64,000 nt of DNA, from contig OZ255834.1 of NCBI GenBank assembly GCA_965277555.1, forward strand, positions 6,744,804 to 6,808,803, in the 5' to 3' direction. Below, in pieces: positions 8,824 to 18,626 of this stretch. The position numbers and the translations under genes are program-made. Below the pieces are notes generated by a model that was not told where the DNA came from, ran no database searches, and was given only the letters and a program-made list of their open reading frames with translations. Source of the DNA: Bryobacteraceae bacterium. Lineage in GTDB: Bacteria; Acidobacteriota; Terriglobia; Bryobacterales; Bryobacteraceae. How positions within the stretch are numbered: the first letter of the stretch is position 1; each line of letters starts with the position of its first letter.

Positions 8824-9752
8824 TACAAGCGGACTTGCGGCGAGACAGCCACCGGCCGCGCGCCGCGTGCTTCATCTGAATAACGCGCTGCCAGATCGGG
8901 CCGCAGGAAACTCAGCATCTTCAACGCCACTTTCTTGCCCTGCCGGAACGCATCTGCGTACAGCCGATCGCGCTCCTCGCGCGTATACGTAAAGCCGATG
9001 CTGTAGTAATGATCGAGCGAGAGCCCAAGTACTTTCGTCCCCGCGTAGGCCACCGCGGCCTTTGCGATCACGCCTCCACCAAAAGGAATTTTGCCAACCA
9101 GTTGGCGCGCGATCGCCCGCCATCCGAAGGCGCTCCCAATGACCATCGCGATCTCCGACTTCTGATGCAAGTACCCAACCTCATGGTCGCTAGCGGCCGC
9201 GAGCAGAAAAGCCAAACGCACCTGGTTCATCGTCAGAAAAGCCGTGTCGGAGGCAAACTCGGCCACCGCCCAGGGCAGTTCGATCACGCTCGGAATCACG
9301 TCCGGCAAGGCCGTCGCGACTGAGAACAAAGTATTCTCCCGGCAAGTCTTCGCAATGGTTCGCTCCACAAATGGCCGCCGAAACGGCAGGAACGATTTCG
9401 CCAGCGGCACGCCTAAATCCGGATAATGCGAAAGCGTCTTCAAAACAAATTGCTTGGGCCGCTCCGCGCTGAAGATCAGGCTCTGGGCTGGCGCTACCAT
9501 GGCTTCGTCATATACTTGCAAATCAGGCGCAGGGCCGCCAGCCGCCAGGGGAGCCCGACTCAGCGTAAGAGCCGATTCGCGCCGCCGCGCAGAACTCAAA
9601 TCGCTGAGAAAGAAATTCTCCATACGACTGTACGCTTCGCCGTTTGAAGCATGCAGCACCACCCGCAGCGACCGCTCGCTCAAGTTCCGCACTTCATGCG
9701 GGTTGAGCGTGCCGATCGCTTTCTTAATGTGTGCTAATCCGTCGAATATCAT
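8823..9752 (-). CDS. Hypothetical protein, DUF697-like C-terminal region
   Basis: Long ORF. GSAFGWRAIARQLVGKIPFGGGVIAKAAVAYAGTKVLG resembles the DUF697 core. The start overlaps the upstream gene by 29 nt, so the start is uncertain. Confidence 0.5.
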   Translation of the reverse strand: MIFDGLAHIKKAIGTLNPHEVRNLSERSLRVVLHASNGEAYSRMENFFLSDLSSARRRESALTLSRAPLAAGGPAPDLQVYDEAMVAPAQSLIFSAERPKQFVLKTLSHYPDLGVPLAKSFLPFRRPFVERTIAKTCRENTLFSVATALPDVIPSVIELPWAVAEFASDTAFLTMNQVRLAFLLAAASDHEVGYLHQKSEIAMVIGSAFGWRAIARQLVGKIPFGGGVIAKAAVAYAGTKVLGLSLDHYYSIGFTYTREERDRLYADAFRQGKKVALKMLSFLRPDLAARYSDEARGARPVAVSPQVRL

Positions 9753-11241
9753 CCAAACCTCGGTGTGAAATAGGCGTCTCGGCGCCTCTGAGCCGAAAGT
9801 CTATCTTCAGCCCAGCCTTCCACTCAGAGTTTACGCCGATACGTTCGACTTCGATATCAGGCGAGAAGTAACGCAGAACAATCTCATTGCTTGGATGAAA
9901 GCCGAAAGCGGGCGCAACCAGCAGTAGTTTGGGTCGTTTCTTGGCCAATGCAATGCCCGGAAACAGCCCGTCCAGCTCGCCTCTCTCCGCGTGCCAGCCC
10001 ATTCGCATCCAGTAGTCGAGCCCTTGCATGGGCAACTGTATGTCTTCGGATACCTTCAATTCCAAAACTGTCAATCGGCCCGCGGCGGAAATCGCGAGTA
10101 AATCGATCAATTCGCGTTCGCCTCCCGCAAACGTCAGCACCTGTCCATGCACCGGCGTCAACAGCAAATCCGGATCGAGCAGCTGCAAATTACCTCGGAT
10201 CGCGCTTTCAAACCAATGCTCGCCAAAAGCAGGCAGTTCGGCGCTGCTCAAGCCGCGCAAGTGGCCGGCGAAAGCCTCCACTCGCTCGATCTCGGAAGCG
10301 GCGAGTTCTTCTTTGAGACCGATACCCAAAAGAATTCTTGAACGCTCCAAGCGCGCAAATTCCAGACCGCGAAAACGCACGCTGACCGCGCCCCCAAGCT
10401 CAGGACAACAGCCGACACCGTCCATCTTCTGCCAGCGCGCGATGGCGGTTTCCAGTTCCGGGCTCAGCTTGACCGGCACATAACGCGCTGCTAGTCGCGT
10501 GTCGAGGTTACCCAGATCCTGCGCATCTACTTCCCCAGCCATACCGTGCTCGTTAAAGCGAAAGATTCGTGTCCGAAGCTGCTGCTGATTCAACCAGCGA
10601 AGGCGCTGCGCCGTCACATTGCCGGCTGTTTCCGGGAGAAATAGACACAGCGCCAGCGGCTCGGAATGCGTCAGTCGAGCCCGTTGATAATCGAACCACA
10701 GGAGCGCATGCGATAGAAAATCCGGTTCGTTCTCGACGGATGGGCAAGCCAGCGCCGCCATTCGCTGGTGCCCGCGCCGGAGCGTCGCGCGCGGAGACAA
10801 CGCGGAAAAAGAGCGCCTCAAATCGAGCGCCGAAGAGACACTGTCGATCTCCCAACCCGGAAACTGACGGTGTAGCATCCGCCGAAACTGCTCGGCGAAA
10901 ATCTGCCGCGCGCCTCTCACCGACCGGATGGAAGTTTGCGGTTTATCCAGATCGAGAAAGGCCAGCGTGCCGGCAGCTCCACCAAACCGTTGTACTGTGC
11001 AATCCAAAACGCCGCTCGAAGCCCGATCTACTGACAGAATGCGCCTGGATAGGCTGCGTTCTTCATCCCACACCTGAATCATCAGCCGACCCGCGCAGAC
11101 CTCTAAAACATATTGGCCTTCAAGTATGCGGACCGGTTTATCCCCGAAATCGAGCACCGCCGGACGTCGGCATAAATGCAAGAAATCCCGAATCCTGGAC
11201 CATAGCTCTTCGGGCGAGCTTTTATCATGGAGTTTTGCCAC
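9724..11241 (-). CDS. Conserved hypothetical protein with C-terminal PD-(D/E)xK (NucS/RecB-like) nuclease motif
   Basis: GTG start. The C-terminal ELIDLLAISAAGRLTVLELKVSEDIQLPMQGLDYW fits the D...E-x-K restriction-endonuclease-like fold signature. Confidence 0.6.
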   Translation of the reverse strand: MAKLHDKSSPEELWSRIRDFLHLCRRPAVLDFGDKPVRILEGQYVLEVCAGRLMIQVWDEERSLSRRILSVDRASSGVLDCTVQRFGGAAGTLAFLDLDKPQTSIRSVRGARQIFAEQFRRMLHRQFPGWEIDSVSSALDLRRSFSALSPRATLRRGHQRMAALACPSVENEPDFLSHALLWFDYQRARLTHSEPLALCLFLPETAGNVTAQRLRWLNQQQLRTRIFRFNEHGMAGEVDAQDLGNLDTRLAARYVPVKLSPELETAIARWQKMDGVGCCPELGGAVSVRFRGLEFARLERSRILLGIGLKEELAASEIERVEAFAGHLRGLSSAELPAFGEHWFESAIRGNLQLLDPDLLLTPVHGQVLTFAGGERELIDLLAISAAGRLTVLELKVSEDIQLPMQGLDYWMRMGWHAERGELDGLFPGIALAKKRPKLLLVAPAFGFHPSNEIVLRYFSPDIEVERIGVNSEWKAGLKIDFRLRGAETPISHRGLDDIRRISTH

Positions 11242-11948
11242 TTCAATCGACCACTTTCGAAAATCGCCTGGCGGCTGTCGAGAATCGCCTTCAACGAGCG
11301 CTCGATCGCAGCCGTCGCCAGCGCTCCGAGATAAACGTAGTGGCCGTTTCGAAGAAATTTTCTGCCTCTCACATTCGCGATGCCTATAATGCCGGGCTGC
11401 GCGACTTTGGAGAGAATTATGTGCAGGAGTTCGCCGATAAAAAACCGCAACTGGCCGATCTCGCGGAGGCCCGCTACCACCTGATCGGCCATCTGCAGTC
11501 CAACAAGGCGCGCCTGGCGTGCGATCTCTTCGATGTCGTCGAAACCGCCGATTCCGCCAAGCTTCTCGAAAGATTGGACGCCTGCGCGGCGCCGAAAAAG
11601 CTCGAAATTTTGCTCGAAGTCAAGTTGTCGGATGAAGCCAATAAAATGGGCGCCGCGCCCGCTGAGATTCCGCTTCTCCTTTCCGCGGCCGAGCGCTGCT
11701 CGAACATCCGGGTGACCGGGCTCATGACCATTCCACCCTGGTCGGAAGATCCGGAAATTTCGCGCCCCTATTTTCAACAGTTGGCGCAACTCGCTCGCCA
11801 GTATTCCTTGCCAGAACTTTCCATGGGCATGTCCAACGATTTCGAAGCGGCTGTGGAAGAAGGAGCGACCATCGTGCGCATCGGCACCGCGCTCTTCGGT
11901 CAACGCCCGAAACCCGTCATCACGAACGCTTCCTCAGCGGCTTCATGA
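11235..11948 (+). CDS. yggS: YggS-family pyridoxal-phosphate homeostasis protein
   Basis: VVAVSKKF (PLP Lys), FGENYVQE, HLIGHLQSNK, SMGMSNDFEAAVEEGATIVRIGTALFG. The track ORF (from 10569) is an antisense extension. The first plausible start is TTG 11235; no ATG or GTG lies upstream of the PLP lysine. Confidence 0.8.
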   Translation: MPLQSTTFENRLAAVENRLQRALDRSRRQRSEINVVAVSKKFSASHIRDAYNAGLRDFGENYVQEFADKKPQLADLAEARYHLIGHLQSNKARLACDLFDVVETADSAKLLERLDACAAPKKLEILLEVKLSDEANKMGAAPAEIPLLLSAAERCSNIRVTGLMTIPPWSEDPEISRPYFQQLAQLARQYSLPELSMGMSNDFEAAVEEGATIVRIGTALFGQRPKPVITNASSAAS

Positions 11949-13699
11949 CCTGCAACGCTGTTCGCAAAGGCTTGGCGCCCGTTCTCCTCGCCTCTGGTCT
12001 GTTATGCGGACAACTCGTAAAACCTAGCGCGCGCCCGCCCGGGAGCCTCGAACTGTTAGGCGTTCCCGTTCCCATGCGGGACGGAGTGCATCTGGCGGCC
12101 GATGTCTTTTTGCCGCGCGCCACAGGACGCTGGCCCACCGTTCTCTTTCGCACGCCCTACAACCGTAAAGGGCCGCCGAGCAGGAATTATCGCGGCTTCC
12201 TGCGGCACGGTTACGCAGTCGTCATTGAAGACGTGCGCGGGCGCTATGCCTCGCAGGGAGTCTTCGGAACCATCGAGCAGGAAGGTCCGGATGGCAACGA
12301 CACCATCAACTGGGTTGCCGAACAGCCTTGGTCGAATACCCGGGTCGCCATGGCCGGCGCTTCCTACCTGGGGATGGCCACCTGGTGGGCGGCGGTCGAA
12401 GAAAACCCGCATCTCTTCGCCATCGCACCGCTGTTCTCGGGCGACGACGAATACCTGGATCGCTTCTACTCGACCGGCGGTGCTCTGCAGTTAGGTCACC
12501 GTCTTCTGTGGCTCGCCGAAAACCTTACACCGCCTTCTCACGTGAGGCCGCTCTTCGCAAGTTACATCAACCACCTTCCCTTGAGAACTGCCGATCTGGT
12601 TGCCACCGGAATAAAATTGCCCGTCTGGAGGACCGCCCTCGATCACCCCTCCTACGATGCTTATTGGAGCGGGCACAGCATCCGATATCGGACAAGGCAA
12701 ATAGATGTTCCTGTTCTTTCAATGGGCGGCTGGTTTGACACCTACGCCGAAAGCGACTTGGATATGTTCTCCAGGCTCTCCGCGGCCCACAAGAAAATAG
12801 AGACCTGGATCGGACCCTGGGGCCACAACCCTTCGCTGCACTTCCCCACCGAAAACTTTGGGCCCGAAGCCATCATCCCCATCCGCGCCACGCAAGCGGA
12901 GTGGTTCGATTACTGGCTGCATAAGAACTCCACCGGCATCAATCTCAGGCTACCCGCTCTCCATCTATTTGTCATGGGCCCAAACGTGTGGCGCGAAGAA
13001 CACGAGTGGCCGCTCGCTCGAACGCGCTACGTTCCGTTCTATCTCTCAAGCGGTGGCCATGCCAACAGCAGCGCCGGGGACGGCGGCCTTTATCGACGGC
13101 CGGTACGCAAGGCTCAACCCGACTTGTTCACCTACGATCCCAAGACTCCCGTGCCCACCGTTGGTGGCGCGATCTGCTGCGAGCCGAAGATTTTGCCTCC
13201 CGGCCCTTTGGAACAGTCAGCCGTGGAAAAGCGCCCTGACGTTTTGGTCTACACGTCCGGCCCGTTAAACGAAGACGTCGAGGTGACGGGGCCCGTGCGA
13301 GCGCTCCTCTACGTCTCCACCTCCGCCAATGACACCGATTTCACCGCCAAACTGATTGACGTTCAAACCGACGGCCGCGCATTCGCGGTGTGCGATGGAA
13401 TTCAAAGGCTCAGATACCGGCTATCGCTCGATAAACCTGTTTTCGTGAAGCGCAATTCGGCTTATCAAATCACCATCGATACCGGCGTCACCAGCTATGT
13501 CTTTGCGAGCGGCCATCGCATTCGCCTAGAAGTTTCGAGCAGCAATTTTCCACGTTTCGACCGGAATCTAAATTCCTCCGCGCCGAACGCCGACGTCACA
13601 AAAACGATTAAAGCCAGGCAAACTGTCTTTCATGACCGGAACTATCCGTCCGCCCTGATTTTGCCCGTCATTCCGAAATCCCATCCGGATGCGCTCTGA
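11945..13699 (+). CDS. CocE/NonD family (S15 X-Pro dipeptidyl-peptidase-like) hydrolase, secreted
   Basis: ATGA overlap with yggS. RDGVHLAADVFLP...WPTVLFRTPYNRK, nucleophile elbow GASYLGM, and a C-terminal jelly-roll segment (LVYTSGPL...VEVTGPV). Confidence 0.85.
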   Translation: MTCNAVRKGLAPVLLASGLLCGQLVKPSARPPGSLELLGVPVPMRDGVHLAADVFLPRATGRWPTVLFRTPYNRKGPPSRNYRGFLRHGYAVVIEDVRGRYASQGVFGTIEQEGPDGNDTINWVAEQPWSNTRVAMAGASYLGMATWWAAVEENPHLFAIAPLFSGDDEYLDRFYSTGGALQLGHRLLWLAENLTPPSHVRPLFASYINHLPLRTADLVATGIKLPVWRTALDHPSYDAYWSGHSIRYRTRQIDVPVLSMGGWFDTYAESDLDMFSRLSAAHKKIETWIGPWGHNPSLHFPTENFGPEAIIPIRATQAEWFDYWLHKNSTGINLRLPALHLFVMGPNVWREEHEWPLARTRYVPFYLSSGGHANSSAGDGGLYRRPVRKAQPDLFTYDPKTPVPTVGGAICCEPKILPPGPLEQSAVEKRPDVLVYTSGPLNEDVEVTGPVRALLYVSTSANDTDFTAKLIDVQTDGRAFAVCDGIQRLRYRLSLDKPVFVKRNSAYQITIDTGVTSYVFASGHRIRLEVSSSNFPRFDRNLNSSAPNADVTKTIKARQTVFHDRNYPSALILPVIPKSHPDAL

Positions 13700-14702
13700 T
13701 CTGCTGCGCGAAGCGCAAGCACAACTTCGCATGATGCGAATTCCACAGGCGCTGGAACTATTCGATCGCGCCGAAGACGCCCAGTTCGACTCCGACGCTT
13801 GTGCCGCCGGACGCTGGACTTGCCACATGCTGAAGGGAGAATTCGAGCAAGCGTGGCTGGAAAGCGACAACATTGCCCGGCGCGGCAAGCCCGATCCCAA
13901 TCGCTTCTGGGACGGGGAGGCCTTGAATGGAAGACGAGTCCTGATCAGGTGCTTGCATGGTTTGGGCGATACGCTCCAGTTCATTCGCTATGCGCCGCTG
14001 GTCCGCAAACAGGCGCGCTCGCTCGTCATAGAAGCGCAACCCAAAATGAAAGCCTTGCTGGAGCTCAGCGGATTGGCGGATCAGGTGATTACCTGGGGCG
14101 ACGAGGAGCCGCCGTGGGACCAGCAAATCGAGGTGGTGGAATTGCCGCGTGTTTTTCGCACCGGACTCGCTTCTATCCCAAACGGCGTTCCGTATTTGCG
14201 CGCTCCCCTGGCGCAATCCCAAAATACTTCTTCCGCTGTGCTACGAGTCGGTGTTTTCTGGAACGCCAGCAGCTTCGATCCGCAAAGGTCGCTTCCCGTG
14301 GAATTAATTGCTCGTTGGCTCGACATCCCGGGAGTCTCTTTCCTGAATTTACAATTTGGGCCGCCGCGATTCGAGTTGGATGGCATGCCGCGCCTGCGCG
14401 AGGAAGAGCAATCGATTTTCGCAACCGCCGGCGTGGTGGGTTCTCTCGACCTGGTGATTAGCGTGGACACGATGATGGCGCATCTGGCCGGCGCTCTCGG
14501 ACGGCCGGTCTGGACTTTGCTTTCCTATCGATGCGACTGGCGCTGGATGCTCGCGCGCGAAGACACGCCCTGGTATCCAAGCATGCGCTTATTCCGGCAG
14601 CCGGAGCCAGGAAGCTGGGAAGCGGTGGTAGAGAGCGTGAGAGAAGAGCTGATCGCGTTGGCGTCAACCGCTCTCGCCCGGAAGAGTGAAATAAAACGTT
14701 GA
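13689..14702 (+). CDS. Glycosyltransferase family 9 (heptosyltransferase)-like protein
   Basis: RVLIRCLHGLGDTLQFIRYAPLV and VISVDTMMAHLAGALGRPVWTLL are typical GT9-like segments. Confidence 0.6.
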   Translation: MRSDLLREAQAQLRMMRIPQALELFDRAEDAQFDSDACAAGRWTCHMLKGEFEQAWLESDNIARRGKPDPNRFWDGEALNGRRVLIRCLHGLGDTLQFIRYAPLVRKQARSLVIEAQPKMKALLELSGLADQVITWGDEEPPWDQQIEVVELPRVFRTGLASIPNGVPYLRAPLAQSQNTSSAVLRVGVFWNASSFDPQRSLPVELIARWLDIPGVSFLNLQFGPPRFELDGMPRLREEEQSIFATAGVVGSLDLVISVDTMMAHLAGALGRPVWTLLSYRCDWRWMLAREDTPWYPSMRLFRQPEPGSWEAVVESVREELIALASTALARKSEIKR

Positions 14703-16148
14703 CCCTCTACCGGCTTCCGACTCGACCCAGATGCTTCCCCCGGCGCGGGTAACGATCTTCCGGCACGTAGCAAGACCGATTCCGCTACCTGCAATCTCCG
14801 CTCCGTGTGGCCGCTGCAGCGGCTGGAAAATTCGCTCCAACCACGCCGCTTCAATCCCGATGCCATTGTCCTGCACGCTGAGCAACCAAGAATCCTCTCT
14901 TGGCGAAGCATTCACGTTTATCTGCAAGGGCGCATTCTGGCGGCGGTACTTAACGGCATTCGAGAGCAGATTCTGGAACAACCGGACGAGCGGTTGCGAT
15001 TCGATCAGCAGCCGCGGCAGAGGCTCGCGTACCAGAGCAGCGTTGGCAACCTTCAAGTCCTTACTCAGATTTTGAAGCGCAATGTTCAAGGCTTCGTCTC
15101 CGTCTACCGCCTCGGTAGAACCGACCGGATTGATCCCGACACGCGCATGGGCCAGAATCGCTTCCACCAGGTCCATCATTCGCTCCAGCCCCAGCGAGAT
15201 CTGATGCAGGCATTTCTGCCCGTCACCGTCGAGCGATTGAGCGTGCTTGTTCGCCAGAAGTTCTACCAGCCAGCGCGTGCTGACAATGGGCGCGCTTAAA
15301 TCGTGCGATGCAATGCGGGCGAATTCTTCGAGCTCCGAATTCGATCGCTTCAATTCCAGAGCCATGCCTTTCAAGCGCGCATTGGCGCCCTCGAGTTCAC
15401 GCTGCATCTGGAGCCGGCCGGTGATGTCGGTATGCGTGGAAACAATACTGGGTTGTCCGTCTGAGTTTTCGGAAAGCATCATCCAATGCGCGGAAACATA
15501 AACCGGACTTCCGTCTTTTCTCCTCTGTTGCAGTTCACCCTGCCAGATTCCCTCGCGCCTAAGTTGCTCCTGAATGGTGTTACTCGGATACGCGGTATGT
15601 AAAAGCTCGTCCGCGTTCCGGCCAATCGCTTCTTGCGCCGTCCAGCCATACAGGCGCTGGCAGCCGGATGTCCAGTGGGAAATCGTTCCATCCCAATCCC
15701 GAATGAGCACAATCGACTGGTCGAGTGTTCGCGCAAGCGTCTTCAAAGCTTCTTCCGTGCTCTTCCGCTCCGTGATATCGTGCAGTACTTTCCCGAAGCC
15801 GGCAAGCTGACCGGTAGCGGGGTGATGAAGCGCAAGCGAAACGCCCTCCGCAAAAATGGGGTGACCATCCTTCCTGACCAGCCAGGTTGTACCGAAAGCG
15901 CGGCCGGTCTCCGCCGCCTTCTGTAATTCCTGGTGAAACGCGCCTTTCGGCCGGTCTGCCCAGGGAACCAATACCTCGCCGTTCTGGCCGATGAATTCGC
16001 TTGCCGTGTAGCCGAATTGCTTTTCGATTCCCGGATGCCAGGAAAGAAACTTCCCTTCGGTATCGATCAAGATAATGGCGAAATCGCTTAGGCGGTCGAC
16101 CAGAAGCTCGAAAAGATCTTTGTTTGTCAGGGACTCTTCTTCGGGCAT
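14664..16148 (-). CDS. PAS-domain sensor histidine kinase
   Basis: Two PAS-like repeats, H-box FARIASHDLSAP, N-box LLSNAVKY, and G-boxes DNGIGI / GSGIGLATCRKIV. Confidence 0.9.
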   Translation of the reverse strand: MPEEESLTNKDLFELLVDRLSDFAIILIDTEGKFLSWHPGIEKQFGYTASEFIGQNGEVLVPWADRPKGAFHQELQKAAETGRAFGTTWLVRKDGHPIFAEGVSLALHHPATGQLAGFGKVLHDITERKSTEEALKTLARTLDQSIVLIRDWDGTISHWTSGCQRLYGWTAQEAIGRNADELLHTAYPSNTIQEQLRREGIWQGELQQRRKDGSPVYVSAHWMMLSENSDGQPSIVSTHTDITGRLQMQRELEGANARLKGMALELKRSNSELEEFARIASHDLSAPIVSTRWLVELLANKHAQSLDGDGQKCLHQISLGLERMMDLVEAILAHARVGINPVGSTEAVDGDEALNIALQNLSKDLKVANAALVREPLPRLLIESQPLVRLFQNLLSNAVKYRRQNAPLQINVNASPREDSWLLSVQDNGIGIEAAWLERIFQPLQRPHGAEIAGSGIGLATCRKIVTRAGGSIWVESEAGRGSTFYFTLPGESG

Positions 16149-16180
16149 AAAAGCGTTCGACGGTGAATCCGACTATTTGT

Positions 16181-16780
16181 TTAATAAAAGATGCGATTCA
16201 CGCTCTTTATGAAAGGATCATGATCCCCCGCCAGGATCTCGGTCACCGAGCCCGGCGCAATCTCAAAACGGTTGATGTGGTCGACGGAAGAGCCTAGAAT
16301 CAGCGCTAGGGCGCATCGAACCACATCGCCATGAGTGACCATCGCTAACGTCGATCCTGGTGCATACTCCTCGACCGCCTCCTTGATTGAGCTCCAGGTC
16401 CTCGCTTGCACGTTCACCATGGTTTCACCGCCCGGCGGCGCATGCAATGATCTTCGCCGGTTGAATTCCCGCCAGCTATCCGATTCCTTCAAATCCGCGA
16501 AAGACACCCCCACCCACTCTCCGAAATCGATCTCGACAATTCCTTGTTTTACAATTGGGGACTTGCCATAAGCTTGCGCGATCGGGCCGGCCGTTTCCAG
16601 CGCGCGCTCAAGAGGACTCGAAATAATAGCTTCCATTTCGTATTCCTGCTTGAGGGCGTACGCCACCGATTGGGCTTGCCGGAGACCCTCGGCGTTGAGG
16701 TGGACGCCGGGCATGCGCCCGTATAACACACGCCCCAGAAGATCAGTGCTGCCGTGGCGGATGAGTAGAATACGAGTCAT
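16181..16780 (-). CDS. Histidine phosphatase (phosphoglycerate-mutase-like) family protein
   Basis: ILLIRHGSTD catalytic RHG motif and a distal VTHGDV. Confidence 0.85.
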   Translation of the reverse strand: MTRILLIRHGSTDLLGRVLYGRMPGVHLNAEGLRQAQSVAYALKQEYEMEAIISSPLERALETAGPIAQAYGKSPIVKQGIVEIDFGEWVGVSFADLKESDSWREFNRRRSLHAPPGGETMVNVQARTWSSIKEAVEEYAPGSTLAMVTHGDVVRCALALILGSSVDHINRFEIAPGSVTEILAGDHDPFIKSVNRIFY

Positions 16781-16801
16781 AAAAGCCTTGAGGGGATAAC
16801 T

Positions 16802-17551
16802 TTGGCATACGGCAATTCAGTTACAGAAATAGAGAAGCGGATAAATGAACTAGGACCATGGTTCCATAACATGCTGCTTTGCGGAGTGCAAACCGCGCCT
16901 GACCATTTTCTTGGCGACTATCCTTCCACCAAGTGGCGGAACTTCCAGCATGCCATCCCGCAAGATTTAACCGGCATGAGCGTGCTCGATGTGGGTTGCA
17001 ACGGCGGTTTTTATTCCATCGAGATGAAGCGGCGTGGAGCAGCGCGCGTTTTGGGCATAGATCATGATGAACAGTATCTTGAGCAGGCTCGTTATGCCAC
17101 GCAGATTGTCGGCCTGGAAATTTCTTTCGAACGCTTGTCCGTATACGAAGTGCCCCAGCTCGGCGAGCGTTTTGATTTAGTTCTATTCATGGGCGTCTTC
17201 TATCATCTACGTCATCCGCTGCTTGCTCTGGACCTGCTTCGACAGCACGTCGCCAAAGACTGGTTCATCTTTCAATCCATGCTTCGCGGCAGCCACTCTA
17301 TGCCCAGGCTAGAGTCTAATTATCCTTTCTCGGAGACTACTCTTTTCGACAAGCCCGGCTTTCCCAAAATGCATTTTGTTGAAAACGAGTATTCAAACGA
17401 TTCCACCAACTGGTGGATCCCGAATCGCGCCTGTGCCGAAGCAGTTCTGCGCAGCGCGGGCTTCAAAATCGAAAGCGCTCCGGAGCAGGAAGTATTCGTC
17501 TGCCGCTGCGATGATCAGGCACACCTGCACGAATTGCCTCGCCTTGGATAA
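16802..17551 (+). CDS. Class I SAM-dependent methyltransferase (family that co-occurs with B12-rSAM/glycosyltransferase clusters)
   Basis: TTG start after GAGGGGA. Motif I VLDVGCNGGFYS. The N-terminal LGPWFHNM...LGDYPSTKW block is characteristic of a distinct methyltransferase subfamily. Confidence 0.8.
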   Translation: MAYGNSVTEIEKRINELGPWFHNMLLCGVQTAPDHFLGDYPSTKWRNFQHAIPQDLTGMSVLDVGCNGGFYSIEMKRRGAARVLGIDHDEQYLEQARYATQIVGLEISFERLSVYEVPQLGERFDLVLFMGVFYHLRHPLLALDLLRQHVAKDWFIFQSMLRGSHSMPRLESNYPFSETTLFDKPGFPKMHFVENEYSNDSTNWWIPNRACAEAVLRSAGFKIESAPEQEVFVCRCDDQAHLHELPRLG

Positions 17552-17580
17552 TCGAGCCGTCAAATTCCTCCGGCATCTTT

Positions 17581-18471
17581 ATGATTGAAGCCGTTATGCT
17601 CTGGAACGAGCCCAACAACCTCTCCCACTGGAACTTCGAAATCGATACCGACTGGTCGATTTTTGGAGATATGGTGAAGCAGGCCAGCACAGCGGTCGAG
17701 GCGGAAAACCCGAGGTTGCCAAGAGTGTTGGGCGGAATCTCTCCGATCGACCCGGGCTTCGTCAAGCGGATGGACGAAATGGGAGTTCTCGATCAAGTGG
17801 ACGTAGTAGCCGTGCACGGCTTCCCGCTTGATTGGAATCATTGGAGTATCGACGAATGGCCTGCCAAGATCGAGGAGATTCGAAGCGTCACAGCCAAGCC
17901 GATCTGGGTTTCCGAAGTAGGCGCGTCCTCGTTTGGAGCTGAAGAAGTGCAGGAGTTCGGGCTTAAGCGTACCGCGGAACTGCTGATTCCGAGGCTCGAC
18001 CACATCTACTGGTACAGCCTCTTCGATCTGCCGCGCGCATGGCCGGCCACCACACGGCATCGTGAGAGCGAAGGATCCTCTTACTACCGGCACTTTTACA
18101 TGGGGCTGCTGCGGGAGGACGGCACGAGCAAATTGGCGCTTAAACATTTCCCCGATTATTCGCCGGCATTGGGCCTTTGCCAATGGTTTCACTTCGAAGA
18201 TCACCGTCTGGAGAAGGCTGTCCGAATTCTGCGCGAGTTGGGAGTAAAGAAGTTACGCACGGGGTTAAGTTGGGCCGATTTCGAAAGGCCTGGCGCGGAG
18301 CCTTGGTTCGATTTTCAAATGAAGCAGCTCGAAGACTTCGAAGTTACGGTAACTTTCTGCTTTACTCCGGAGCGACTGGGCATCCAGCCCCATCACGCCA
18401 GTCCCCCAAGGAATCCCGCGGAGTTCGCGGAATTCTGCGCGCGCATGACCCGTAGATATTCGCACTCGTAA
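17581..18471 (+). CDS. TIM-barrel glycoside-hydrolase-like protein
   Basis: WNEPNN (acid/base NEP motif), VVAVHGFP, and PIWVSEVGAS (nucleophile Glu) fit a clan GH-A type barrel. The family is not resolved. Confidence 0.55.
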   Translation: MIEAVMLWNEPNNLSHWNFEIDTDWSIFGDMVKQASTAVEAENPRLPRVLGGISPIDPGFVKRMDEMGVLDQVDVVAVHGFPLDWNHWSIDEWPAKIEEIRSVTAKPIWVSEVGASSFGAEEVQEFGLKRTAELLIPRLDHIYWYSLFDLPRAWPATTRHRESEGSSYYRHFYMGLLREDGTSKLALKHFPDYSPALGLCQWFHFEDHRLEKAVRILRELGVKKLRTGLSWADFERPGAEPWFDFQMKQLEDFEVTVTFCFTPERLGIQPHHASPPRNPAEFAEFCARMTRRYSHS

Positions 18472-18626
18472 AACTACCCGCCCTTTTTGGAGAATTCAGG
18501 TAAGTGGAAACAATGCCAGCTACAAAGCTTCTTACACTAGAACGCTTTAAACGCATTTGTTACCGATTTTGCGGAAGCGTTTTGTTCCACAAGTACTTTT
18601 ACCGAGGGAAGAGGATCAAAGCGTAA

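Noticed and set aside
10569-11234. Long N-terminal extension of the yggS ORF in the track
   Set aside because: This part is antisense to the 505-aa nuclease-like gene and is Arg/Ala/Pro-rich. YggS homology only begins near 11235.
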